DNA from: Podarcis bocagei
Lineage: Eukaryota
Length of the DNA: 64,000 nucleotides
NCBI GenBank assembly: GCA_964188305.1
Contig: OZ076887.1
Reading direction: 5' to 3' (one strand)
Shown: one piece after another, positions 26,604 through 38,898 of the stretch
How the letters are laid out: every line of letters begins with the position of its first letter
How positions within the stretch are numbered: position 1 is the first letter of the stretch
Made by a program: the position numbers and the translations under genes
Notes under the pieces: generated by a model
The model's database searches: none
What the model was told of the DNA's origin: nothing
Seen by the model: only the letters and a program-made list of their open reading frames with translations

Positions 26604-28960
26604 GTGATTTTTTTTAAACTATTAACTATTAAGTATTCATACAGGTTGCATAGATGCAGACAGAGTTGCAAGGCATTGTACTGAATTACTATAATAAGAC
26701 CAAAACAACAACAACAAAACACCATCAACTGCATTATGCTACATATCCATAGGAAGCTCAAACTTACTCAAGAAAAGGGTGTGCACTAGGTGTTATTGCA
26801 GTGTCCAGTGCTTATTTGAAATAAAGTTATGACCATAAATATTTCAGAAATCAATCATACCAAATGAATCTTTATGTTTGGTTCCCCTATGTACCCACTT
26901 TGGCTTCATAAATTTTCCAACCAGTGTTATGTTCCAGACCAGTAGTTCTCATCTGGTGGTCTGTGGCACCATTCACATAACTCTTGAGAAATGGGGGGTC
27001 TGCAGTACTTAGTTAATTTGGAGCCACTGTTTTCAACCTTTGTCCACCATCCTTGCAGCAAAAATGAAGTTTTGTACCACCAGTATTTGGCTCCCTTTGC
27101 AGCCAGCAGCAAGGCTGTTAAATCCTTATGTCTTTGTCTGTAGCCTCAGGGTTAATTGGCAATAAACCAATTCCCAGATTCATCAGGATTAATTGTTGGG
27201 CTTTGAATGGGATCTCTTGGAATTTCCTGGAATTTCCCAGGATGTATTAGCCACTGGGCAGTCCTACCACATGCAGTTAAAACTGCCGCTTTATATTGCA
27301 TCCCCTCTAGCAGGTCGTCCTTATTTGTCTGATTTAGCTTTACCAGCATTCCAGGTAATTTTTGATGAAGGGTTATTGAGTCTTCCTAGTCTCTAATGGC
27401 AAATTCTTCATCATGACCTGCATGTGTAAAGAAAGCAGGAGGTAGTTCTTCTAGCTAACAGTAGTTTTGTTTCATAAACACATGAACACAAAGAGGTTTG
27501 AGAATTAAGATGCATCTGATTTAAATGACATTCCACAATGGAATACAGGAATTGGCAGCTTCTTATTCAGATCGATAAGCAGCTAATGCTGGCAATGGAA
27601 GAGCTATTTGTCTTCAGAGTGCATGTGAATATTATTCATGAGCAAAACACTGATATGTGACTCTGAACTTAACAACATATTAAGTTGTTATGATTCCCCC
27701 CCCCATAACAGCTTTTTATGCCTTGAACTTTGGATTACTGTAGTCCCTTGCCTTTTTTTTCAGTAGGAGTGAGAGAGAACAAATTATGCACAGTCGTGTT
27801 TACAATTTGCAGAGTTGACAAGCAGAAAATCTCTCCATTAGGCAACGAGCCAGCCCAATGAATGGGTGTATGGTTCAAGAAGGTCTCCCATCAAAGAACA
27901 CTGTTGTGATGTGTTTTCTGCATGCCAAGAGGATGCATATAGCTTATGATTTTTGCACTCACCAGCACATATAGTGTTGTGTAATAGCACTTTGTACTTT
28001 GAAATAAAGTGAGGAGTTGTACCATCAGCTCTTGAAATATTCTTAGAAGGGCTGTACCACCTATAATCTCACCACTTCAGCTCCTCACATCCTTCTCTCC
28101 TACCCTTCACCATTCTGCCCATCTCACCTCTTTCCACAGCTGGCTCCTCTTATTGGGCAATTAATACTTTTCTTAGGCTTCCAGTGAGTTTTGTCTCTGC
28201 TTTGGAGAGATGCTCTTGCATCTCTCAGAGGGGATTAATGTTGAGTGAAATTATATGAATCCTATATAAATTACTTGGTGTGTAAGAACTTAGAACTTTT
28301 ATATGGTTCACAATGCTTTTCTACTAGTGCTCTGTAGTTTCAGTTTCAATAATATTTGATGTATAGTTCAATAGCAATGGGGGGGGGGGAGAAAAAGTAT
28401 GGACTGGGAGCACAGTGCATGTAGTTTGAGCTTAACCTTTCCCATGGTTCCTGAAAAAAAGCCCTCTGCAAGCTGCTGTTTGCTGAGGGAATAAAGAGGA
28501 TACGTAGCAAATAGTCTGGGGACTGTGACTGTGGCATGAGAGAAGGGATACAACCTCCTTCAGCGTAATAGTTCTGTAAAACAAATGTACTATTATGTCC
28601 ACATTGCAAATGGGGCCTGAGACTGAGAGTCATAGGTTCATTGCTGACCCTGTTCTTTCCCTGAAATTTCAGTATCGTAGGTGGTTCAAGGACTAATTTG
28701 CATAAGCTACACATTTGTTTGCTTAAGACTACCACATGGCCTGACTTTTAGAATCTCTTCTTATATGAACTTGCAGCTTCATCAGGTTGTGGCAGTGTGG
28801 CTAATTACAGATCTAGGCTAATTACAGGTCTAATTTCTTCATGGCCCTTCGGAAGTGTTGTTTTTCCCCAGTATTGGCTGCCTAAAGAGCAGTGCTGTCT
28901 AGAAGCTTGGGGCTGCAACTATCAGTCCCAGCTTGCATGACCAATGGTCAGGGATGACTT

Positions 28961-29036
28961 GACTCATGTATTGCAGAGGGTTGGACCTGATGACCCTTTG
29001 GGCCCCTTCCAGCTGTACAGCTCTGCGATTCTATGA
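28961..29036 (+). mobile_element. Short CR1 3' tail inserted into a small palindromic MITE-like repeat (about 28900-29080)
   Basis: GGGTTGGACCTGATGACCCTTTGGGCCCCTTCCAGCT...GATTCTATGA splits the GGGATGA|GTTGTAGT...CATCTGGAGG repeat that is also seen near 2300, 8380 and 46740. Confidence 0.65.
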
Positions 29037-30230
29037 GTTGTAGTTCATAACATCTGGAGGACACTACACTGTCTACCCCTGAAATAGTGGATAAGGTTAA
29101 GATGGCACTTTTATGTTTATGTGGTTCTGAACTACATTAACGTTGCCTGTATCTGGGGCTTATTCCTGCACGGCTGTCTAGCTTCCATTCCATATGTTAA
29201 AAGCATCTGAATGCCTTTTATTTTCCGCACTCTTTTAGGGAATAACTTCTCATTTCCCTTTTGTATAATTTTCAGTTTAAAATATTTTACATGATTTTGT
29301 TTCATGTTGGCAATGTATATATTTTATTGTTTATAAGTGTCTTGTGCACAGCTGTTTGGTGTGGTATAGAAGCAAAATTATTTTCATTCTCAGTCGTGGG
29401 TGGGCAGTAAGGGGTCGAGGCAGACAGCAAGCAGTTTACCATTCAGTTATTTGCCTGGGGCAGCTGCTATCTATTCTGGGCAACCTGCCAAGTGGCAAAT
29501 TGCATGGCTGAACTATATGTACAGTTTATTTCAGCAGCATTATGTAGGTCTTCATCACAGAGTTTGTGCCCTACCCAGTTTGTACCCCACCCTAGTATCT
29601 TGCTTCGAATGGCTCAGATTGAGTCCAGATTGATTGACAGCTAATTGAAGGTGACTTGCCTGCCCCTGGGTGGGCCTTGAAAAATATTTTGACTCCAGGC
29701 GTGTTGCTTTAACCCCCAAATCTTCAGGCTGCCTATTTCATTTATTCGTTATTTATTTTGTTTGCAATTATTTGTTTCTGCCTTTCCACTGAAATATACC
29801 CAAAACAATTCCAAAGAATAAAAACATATAAAATTGCAAGAAGCAACAAAACAAAATAGCAGTTAAAATTCAGACCTGAAAAAAATCCTCAGCATAAAGA
29901 CATTTATCTCCTCCCCTTTTCCAAGGACATACAAATAAAATTGCTTTCATTTGCTGCCTAAAACAGAGGAGAACAAGGGCCAGGCAGACAGCTCTGGGGA
30001 AAGTATTCCAAAGTCTGTGCACCAGTAAAGTGTTGTAATTGTTTCGTCTTTTATGCATTACCGTATAAAGGATGATATGGAAAAATTGGCAATGAAAGAA
30101 ATGCCTCCATATAGCTTTACACTTGGAAACACAAGCATGGACTTCTGCTAATATTCTTTTGTGTTTATTTGTTTTCATTTTAAATAGATATATTAATAGA
30201 AAATTGGTGCAGGAAGCTAGTAGTTGCTAT

Positions 30231-31182
30231 ATAGAATCATAGAATCATAGAATCATAGAGTTGGAAGAGACCACAAGGGCCATCGAGTCCAACCCCCTGC
30301 CAAGCAGGAAACACCATCAGAGCACTCCTGACATATGGTTGTCAAGCCTCTGCTTAAAGACCTCCAAAGTAGGAGACTCCACCACACTCCTTGGCAGCAA
30401 ATTCCACTGTCGAACAGCTCTTACTGTCAGGAAGTTCTTCCTAATGTTTAGGTGGAATCTTCTTTCTTGTAGTTTGGATCCATTGCTCCGTGTCCGCTTC
30501 TCTGGAGCAGCAGAAAACAACCTTTCTCCCTCCTCTATGTGACATCCTTTTATATATTTGAACATGGCTATCATATCACCCCTTAACCTCCTCTTCTCCA
30601 GGCTAAACATGCCCAGCTCCCTTAGCCGTTCCTCATAAGGCATCGTTTCCAGGCCTTTGACCATTTTGGTTGCCCTCCTCTGGACACGTTCCAGTTTGTC
30701 AGTGTCCTTCTTGAATTGTGGTGCCCAGAACTGGACACAGTACTCCAGGTGTGGTCTGACCAGAGCAGAATACAGTGGCACTATTACTTCCCTTGATCTA
30801 GATGCTATACTCCTATTGATGCAGCCCAGAATTGCATTGGCTTTTTTAGCTGCCGCGTCACACTGTTGGCTCATGTCAAGTTTGTGGTCAACCAAGACTC
30901 CTAGATCCTTTTCACATGTACTGCTCTCAAGCCAGGTGTCACCCATCTTGTATTTGTGCCTCTCATTTTTTTTGCCCAAGTGCAATACTTTACATTTCTC
31001 CCTGTTAAAATTCATTTTGTTTGTTTTTGCCCAGTTCTCTAATCTGTCAAGGTCGTTTTGAAGTGTGATCCTGTCCTCTGGGGTGTTAGCCACCCCTCCC
31101 AGTTTGGTGTCATCTGCAAATTTGATCAGGATGCCCTTGAGTCCATCATCCAAGTCGTTGATAAAGATGTTAAATAAGACCG
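30231..31182 (-). mobile_element. 5'-truncated CR1 copy, nearly identical to the 22-26 kb element
   Basis: Same octamer tail and RT C-terminus. I saw only two substitutions by eye. Possible TGCTA target-site duplication. Confidence 0.96.
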
Positions 31183-31221
31183 TGCTACAAATGTCAAAGC
31201 AATGTTAATAAAGGAAGCTGC

Positions 31222-31224
<3 letters not shown>

Positions 31225-31252
<28 letters not shown>
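31225..31252. repeat. (GT)n microsatellite
   Basis: Direct read. Confidence 0.95.
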
Positions 31253-32384
31253 ATCTACCGGTATATGTGTGTGTGTATATATAAATATATAATGTAATTG
31301 CTATTTTTAAAATATTGACCATCATTTGATCAACTTTTTCTGCTTTTTGGAAGATACTTTCTTTCAAATTATTGGGAAAGGCTTGCTTAGCAAGATCTGA
31401 CAAGTACTATCTGAGACAGTGCAGTATGGAAATGTTGAAAAGAAAGGCATACTGAATAAATTATAACATGCAGTTTACATAAAACATAAATCTGTCATGG
31501 AAATGAAAAATTGTAGTAATTAAACAGTATTAACTAGATGCTTCCCTGATGAATATATTTCCAGCCACCAAAAAATTACCTTCGTCTCTTTTTAAAAAAA
31601 GATACAGAACACCTTTATTATTTTGTGATTTTTAACAGTGAGACAGATTTATATTTATGTTTTTAAAAAACGAGTTCTCTTGTAGGATTTAGAAAGTGCC
31701 CATTGCAGTTACTGTGATTGAGGTCAGGAGTTCAGCACTGGCACTTTAAACGAGTGGTGTGCTGATCTCTTGATGAGTTCTTGATATTTGAAGGCCTATT
31801 CCCTCTGTCAGGGAAAAAGCTGCATAGGGCAGTTTTGCCTCGTGGGCATATATTAGAGGCAAAAATGCTTGTAAATTATTAACAGGGATACTATGTTTAT
31901 TCCATCATAGCTTCAGGTTTTGATATTAACCTTCCCTCTGGGAATTAATAATGATTCAGTATATATGAAATTTTAATAGGCAAGGTAGTGCCTTCTTCTT
32001 AACTTTTTTTTTTAAAGACGAAGAATGATTAGGCTGTGACTTCTAATTAAGAAGCCTTAAATTTTTGAATGGCCCCATGGCAGAATAGCTCCAGCAATAG
32101 AGGGAAGCACACAGGTGCTAGCTCCAGACTTGCCAGACAGGGAGTTTTTTTGACCCCTCTCTTACACCAACAAGCCCCTTTCTCCTGTCTGTTGGACTCT
32201 GCACACAGGAAGGACATAGCACAGTGCACCAGACAAAGAAGACTCTAGTCTAGGTACATTATTCTATATCCTCTTTCAGATCCTAACTCAAAGCAACTGC
32301 ACAGCAGAACTTGTGATTCGAAGAGCTTAGAACCACAAATAATGTTATTTATTTATTTACTTATTTATTAAATTTGTATTCCAG

Positions 32385-32515
32385 CATGGGCGTAGCCAGG
32401 ATTTTTGTTAGGGGGGGGCAGGCCTTTTGTTGGGAGGGGGCAGAATCTCAGTTTGCTATGTATTTTTATTGAATTTTATTGATTCAATATTGGCCCCGCC
32501 TCGGCTGCGCCAATG
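32385..32515. mobile_element. Small MITE (hAT-like)
   Basis: Imperfect TIR CATGGGCGTAGCC / GGCTGCGCCAATG. Confidence 0.7.
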
Positions 32516-32517
32516 TA

Positions 32518-32775
32518 CCGTATTTTTTCTCTATAAGACGCACCAAACCACAAGACGCACCTAGTTTTTGGAGGAGGAAAACAAGAAAAAAAATATTCTG
32601 AATCTCAGAAGCCAGAACAGCAAAAGGGATCACTGCGCAGTGAAAGCAGCAATCCCTCTTGCTGTTCTGGCTTCTGGGATAGCTGCGCAGCCTGCATTCA
32701 CTCCATAAGACGTGCACACATTTCCTCTTACTTTTTAGGAGGGAAAAAGTGAGTCTTATAGAGCAAAAAATACGG
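32518..32775. mobile_element. Tc1/mariner (pogo-like) MITE
   Basis: TA TSDs; TIR CCGTATTTTTTCTCTATAAGAC / GTCTTATAGAGCAAAAAATACGG. Confidence 0.9.
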
Positions 32776-32790
32776 TATATCAGCGCTTCA

Positions 32791-33031
32791 GCCAGTGTGG
32801 TGTAGTGGTTAAGAGCAGTAGTCTCGCAATCTGGTGAACCGGGTTCGCGTCTCCGCTCCTCCACATGCAGCTGCTGGGTGACCTTGGGCTAGTCACACTT
32901 CTCTGAAGTCTCTCAGCCTCACCTCACAGAGTGTTTGTTGCAGGGGAGGAAGGGAAAGGAGAATGTTAGCCGCTTTGAGACTCCCTAGGGTAGTGATAAA
33001 GTGGGATAACAAATCCAAACTCTCTTTCTTC
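32791..33031 (+). mobile_element. Squam3-like tRNA SINE
   Basis: Same sequence as the 17591 copy; possible CTTCA TSD. Confidence 0.85.
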
Positions 33032-33610
33032 ATCATCCAAAGATCTCAGGGCAATTCACAGCATAAAAATACAGAATAAAACACAAAGTGCATAATAAGA
33101 ACAAGAAAACAAACCAATAACCTCCCTTCCCACAAATACATTTAAAAGGATCTAGACATCAGCCAAAGGCCTAGTTGAAGAGGAACATTTTTGCTTTACG
33201 CTTAAGATTTATGATGAAGGTGCAGACTAGCTTCCCTGAGGAGAGCATTCCACAAACAGGGAGCCGCTGCAGAAATGGCCTGATCTCGTGTTGCCACCCT
33301 CCAGGCCTCTCGTGGAGGAGGCACACGAAAAAGGATTTAAGATGATGATTGCAGAATCTGGCTTGGTTTATATGGGGTGAGGTGATCCTTGAGATATTGT
33401 GGTCCTGAGCTGTTTAAGGCTGTATAGGTCAAAAACTGCACTTTGAATTGGGCCCAGAAACTAACTGGCAACCAGGCAGGTGGGCCAGGATTGGTGTAAT
33501 ACACTCAAACAATCTTGTTCTGGTCAACTACCGGTCCACCGAATTCTGCACCAGCTGAAATTTCCAAACCGTCTTCAGAGGCAGCTCTCTGTATAATGAG
33601 CTGCAGTTAG
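33032..33610 (-). mobile_element. L2-type LINE 3' fragment (its tail continues at 32345-32384)
   Basis: AAGATCTCAGGGCAATTCACA, GAGAGCATTCCACA and ACTTTGAATTGGGCCCAGAAAC; reverse complement of the 17131 fragment. Confidence 0.75.
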
Positions 33611-34782
33611 AATTCCTGATCCTCACTTCTGGTTGTGGCTCCAACACACCTACATTCAGCACAACATTGCTATCAATTAACAGCTGCAAGGTAACTTTGA
33701 ATCTCTGTTCTGTCCTCCTAGGTTTTCATGTCAAATGGTCATGCTTCCACCTTTTTTAGAGTAGCACAATCTTTCCTCGTTAAAGAACGCATTTTACTCT
33801 TTAGTGTTGTTAATGTATTAGGGTTAAATGCACCCGTGAATTCATGCTTATATGCTGGAGTGTATTAATTAGTTTGTAATTAAATTCCTTTCCCCACCCC
33901 ACTGTAATAAATACCATTTAAACTGAGTTTTTGTTTTGGGTGTGAATTCCTAGGTTCTGAACTCTTTAGACATATTCTCAGGGCGGTGATCAATCAACTC
34001 ATGTAAGAGATCTACCTCTCAGAAAAACACATTTAAAGTTTGCATGTGAAAAACATGCGCACACAGGTTCTTTGTGACATGTATAACAGCTGGCTCTGGA
34101 GAAACCAGTCTGTAACTAAAAGAAACACCATGGGGAGTTTTGTATAGCAAAGGAAAAAGATAGCAACTGGAAAGGATTCCTTTGACCAGGCTAGTCTGCC
34201 ATGGATCTCTAATGAAAACAGAGGGAGGCCAGCTCATTTGGGGATGGGGGTGGTAGAAGCTATGTGCATGTATTGACTGTCTCTAATTTAAAGGATTTAT
34301 TTATTTGCGTATAATATATGCTCCTCATGATGTGCAAGGGAGATTTCATTTCAGTTTTTTGAAGATATCCATATAAATAGCTAGCTGTAGCATAATGATG
34401 TGATGGATTGCTGGGTAATGATCCAGTCAGCATGCAATTATTTGTTAATCTAAAAAAAAATTACATACTGACCAGATCATTACCCTGCATTCCATCACCT
34501 TTTAAAAAAAACCTAAGTAGCAGTTTGGTAACCTGAATGAAAAAATAATAATCAAATTAGGTTACCACTGTTTATATGGGCAGTATAGGTATGAGGAAAT
34601 GGAAATCAGTGGACATAGGGAAAATGTGTTTACTACAAATTTTCTTTCATTTGCACTGCTCAGGTTTTAGCTCCTGTATGAACGATTAGCTATTAATTTC
34701 TTTTAGTAAGCTCCTTGAGGGTGTCTATTGTTTCTTCTCTGTCTTCCACCGTCTCTCTAATGTCCCTCCAATGAATCCACAG

Positions 34783-34971
34783 GAGGTAATTTCTGTATGG
34801 CTAGAGACCCTGTAGAAGAAATTAAGTCGTTAACAGCTGAAAGAGAGCGACTGGAGGGACTTCTCAACGAATGGTTCACGCTGAGTGCCAAAAATGTCCA
34901 AAAATTAGAGAGAATGAAAGAAGGTTACAAGAGACTGAAGGAAGAAATGGCGCAAGGGGAGTCTGCTTTTG
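34783..34971 (+). CDS. DISC1: DISC1 coding exon (exon 9 equivalent), 189 bp, phase 1 to 1
   Basis: GNFCMARDPVEEIKSLTAERERLEGLLNEWFTLSAKNVQKLERMKEGYKRLKEEMAQGESAF vs human NHFWTAKDLTEEIRSLTSEREGLEGLLSKLLVLSSRNVKKLGSVKEDYNRLRREVEHQETAY. CACAG acceptor, G|GTAAGT donor. Confidence 0.96.
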
Positions 34972-35754
34972 GTAAGTGGAGCAGTTGGCCAGCTGTTGGG
35001 GTGACAGAAGCCTGGCATTTCCTGGGCTATGTGTCATTCAGTATCCTGCCTGAACTGATGAGCAGCCATCTAATTTATATGACATAAGAATAGTTATTTT
35101 GATGGGCAAATCTGGCAGACCATTTGATATATATTAGGTTGAATGTGCTGTCAGCCTCGGAGTTTGTCATTCTTGAGGGGTATTTTTTCCCCTGGCGTTG
35201 TGTATGCTGATGATGTAGCAGGCTTTGAGTTGATTTCCTCTTGCTTATTTTTTGCATAGCCTCCTGTGGTGAAAAGCCTGCTAACTGACAGTGAGAATGT
35301 CTCTGCATTCATAGCTCCTGCATAATTTAATAGTGCTCTGCACATAGAATTGTGCATGCTTCAGTTTTAATCCATAGGAAATATAAGATCCCGCAAGCCC
35401 AGGAAGAAAACTGCCTAGCATCACTGGGTTTTTGTTGTCTAAGCATGTTGTGTAAGGATGTAATCCACAGCATGTGTAATGTTTTGAAAGCAATAAGTCT
35501 TTATTTACCTGAAAGATTAAGGTGGATTTTGCCAGTTTAGTGACTAGAACTGTCCTGAAAAGGTGAGATTATTATTAATCACATTGAAACTAGGAAATAT
35601 TTTTCATGTGTTGACATTGGTCAGCGGAGCTTATTTTAAACCCCAGGCTTGGCTTTGACAGGACTCCCACACCAGAGCAGGTAACTGAGAGGCAAGCAAT
35701 GTGGCTAAGGTGGCTGAAAGTAGGCACACCTGAACCAACCAGAGATAGGCTGAG

Positions 35755-36022
35755 GTTGTTGTTGTTTAGTTGTGTCCGACTCTTTGTGACCCCATGGACC
35801 AGAGCACGCCAGGCACTCCTATCTTCCACTGCCTCCCGCAGTTTGGTCAAACTCATGCTGGTAGCTTTGAGAACACTGTCCAACCATCTCGTCCTCTGTC
35901 GTCCCCTTCTCCTTGTGCCCTCCATGTTTCCCAACATCAGGGTCTTTTCCAGGGAGTCTTCTCTTCTCACGAGGTGGCCAAAGTATTGGAGCCCCAGCTT
36001 CCAAGATCTGTGCTTCCAGTGA
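35755..36022 (-). mobile_element. BovB (RTE) LINE 3' end with a (CAA)n tail
   Basis: Translates REDSLEKTLMLGNMEGTRRRGRQRTRWLDSV...WRALVHGVTKSRTQL, the BovB RT C-terminus. Confidence 0.92.
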
Positions 36023-36041
36023 ATAGGCTACCTCAGCCTAT

Positions 36042-36145
36042 TCAGCCCTGAGTGCTCACAGGAAAGACAGCTCCTGAAGCTGAGGCTCCAATACTTTGGT
36101 CACCTCATGAGAAGAGAAGACTCCCTGGAAAAGACCTTGATGTTG
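36042..36145 (+). mobile_element. Second BovB fragment in inverted orientation
   Basis: Encodes ...LKLRLQYFGHLMRREDSLEKTLML, overlapping in sequence with the adjacent minus-strand fragment. Confidence 0.88.
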
Positions 36146-37202
36146 CCAGTACCAAAGAGGAAAGGGCTAGCCATTGGGCTAAACTGTACTGGATGTTTAT
36201 CATATAGTTTATGCTTGTGTTCAAGCTTTTCTTTCACCAGTGGTGGTGCTGGTCTTTAATCCTTTTGCCTCCCCTTCCAACTTTTTATACTGATTTCCTT
36301 CCCTGCCCACACCTGCAATTTGCAGTGGGGAAAAAAGATCCAATTGGAGTTGCTGTGGGGAGCAAAGAGTTATCCCCACCCACATCCAAGTTGCAACCCA
36401 GATTGGGACCCTGCTCTGGAAATCTTTGAAGCAAATAGCTTGCACTCAAGCTGATGATCATTGCTGTGTATCGTTTACCCCATAGATGTGTAAAATTTAT
36501 GGCTTAGATAGCTAAGCATTTATTGGTCTGACATCACTTTCTTTTATGTTAGGAGTGGACTATGCTCCTTCAAATTTCAGCAGTGCCCTGTGTGAGGCCA
36601 AAATTTGCCCCCCACCCTGCTTCTCCCCTCCCATTCTGCTCAATTCACTATGTCACAGTTGTGACGCCCTGCGGTGGCCCTTAGGCTCAATGCCCAGTGC
36701 GACAGAACTGCTTGCACCATCCTAAGGGCTGCATTAACACATGGTCAGCTCTCCGGGCGCTGAAACATAAAAGTGGGTGAAGCAAAAAAAAAAAAAAGTT
36801 TAGAAGAAATTTTGTAGGGGATCTTGGGGTGGCTGTCACAAAAACCTTTCGTCATCACAACAGCGTACTTGTGAGAGTGGTCAGCAGAGGCACCATATTC
36901 TCAAGATGATTGAGTGGCCCCAACACAACATTGCGAGGAGGCAGGGGGCAGAGCTGAGCACTCTCTGATCATTGAGACGGCCCAGTCCCCTCAAAAAACA
37001 TTGCCCCCCCCAAAGTGCCTTGGCCTTTTGGAGCTGGCACCTATGGTGGCCAGTGAGTTATTAAATCTTACATATAATAAAAATGTGTGAGTGTCATTGT
37101 GCTGTTTTCATTGGTGGTTTCCCAAGGTCCTAAAGGCAGGGGTCAGGAGAGGTTGCCCTGAGAAAACAGCATGCTATTTAAAGTGACTGCCCTCTTGGTT
37201 AC

Positions 37203-37232
<30 letters not shown>
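37203..37232. repeat. (GT)n(GC)n alternating purine-pyrimidine tract
   Basis: Direct read. Confidence 0.95.
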
Positions 37233-37233
<1 letters not shown>

Positions 37234-38437
37234 TAGCCAGTCTCCTCCTCTTCATCCTTTGGCTGTCTAGCTCTGTTTCAGACACACATACACACAGAAT
37301 TTGCAAACTGACTTTCTTCTCAGCTTGTGCATGCATGTGCACAGACAGTCCCCTCTTCTTCCTCTTACGCTCCTGCTCCATTTCATATAAATAATACATG
37401 TGCAGGCAGGCACACATAATTTTCCTTCCAATACATGAGGTGAAATATGAATGGAAAAACAAATGTAAAGAACTGCTTTCTGTTCCCGGCACAGAAACAT
37501 AATTTTAAAAAGGTAAAGATACTGAAAAGTTGATCCATTGTTACAATAACCATCTTTCAGAATATAGCATGGAGATTAGTTTGGTTTTCAAGCGAGTGTC
37601 TGATCACTGATAGATCTGTTCTTGTTGCTAGGTAGTCTCTGTAAAATAAAATAATAATGTTCTGTAACGTTTTGCTAAGGGTTCTGTCCTCAGATTTGTT
37701 CTCCTTTTTCTGAGATTTTACCTCCATCTGAACTTCCAAACTGCTTTTTTAAACTGCCCTAAATTTAAAATGCAGTCTGGGGATTTGATGCTGGAATCCC
37801 CACCTGCCTCAACCCCTCCAGGAAGAAACCACACACACCAGCTCAGTTTTCCCTGTAAAGACTGTAGTGCTGCATTCCCAAACTTGGGGTTGAACTCTGG
37901 GGAATTTATAAAACTGTTTTGAGGGGTTCACTTTCCAAAAGGAGAAAACTTAGCAAATTTTGGATGACAGCATGCATGCTGGCTTGTATCATTGTTTGCT
38001 TGTATCAGAGTGTCATCATCCTTTGTTTAGGGTGTAACCGCATTAGAAAACACACAACAATATGTGTTGCTTCCCCCTCCCCCTTAAGATGAACCTTACA
38101 TTTCTTGTAATTCTCAAGCAGTGACTACAGAGAATATGTTCTCCTGGATAATAAAGCCCAGTGGAGCACAAATTCCTCCAAGCAAATATAAATAATTAAA
38201 ATGAGTGATCCCCATTTTACTCTGTTATCTACTGCATGTCTCTCTTTAGGCTATGGTAATTTGTTTAGCTCTGATTAAATTAAGCATATGATGGGTGTAA
38301 CAAATTTTGTTGAAAACAAACCTATGGTGCCTTTTAAGGATTTTTTAAAAAATGAAGCTATTTGCAATATTGTTATATATATTAATGTTGTTGATCCCCC
38401 ATTTGCTTTTTAAAACAAAAATACTTTATAATGGGTG

Positions 38438-38438
<1 letters not shown>

Positions 38439-38485
<47 letters not shown>
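38439..38485. repeat. (TTA)n microsatellite
   Basis: Direct read. Confidence 0.95.
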
Positions 38486-38898
38486 GAAAAACATCCCTAC
38501 ATATTTAGCTGGAAGACCTAGTTGTTGGGAATATTTCTTGAAATGTTTTCTTAATTGGCCAGTATATCATATGGGTAATATTTTACATTTATAGAAGCGC
38601 TCAGTGTGCTTCATTTACATGGTCTGTATAATACATACAGTAATCATATAGTGGGTCAGTGTTACCCCATTTGCAAGGATTATATTGGGGTTGACTGAGA
38701 GCTCGTTATTCACCTATTGTTGCCTAGTGATATTAGCCATATGCCAGGTTTACAGTTGTTAGGACCCATCCTACTCTGCTGATTGCAAATTGCTATAACT
38801 GATTTTAACATTATATTTTTATATTACTGTAATCTGTCCTCGGCCCTTATGGTGAAAGTGGGTATACTTGTATATTGGGGTTGCTGTACCTCCAGGAA

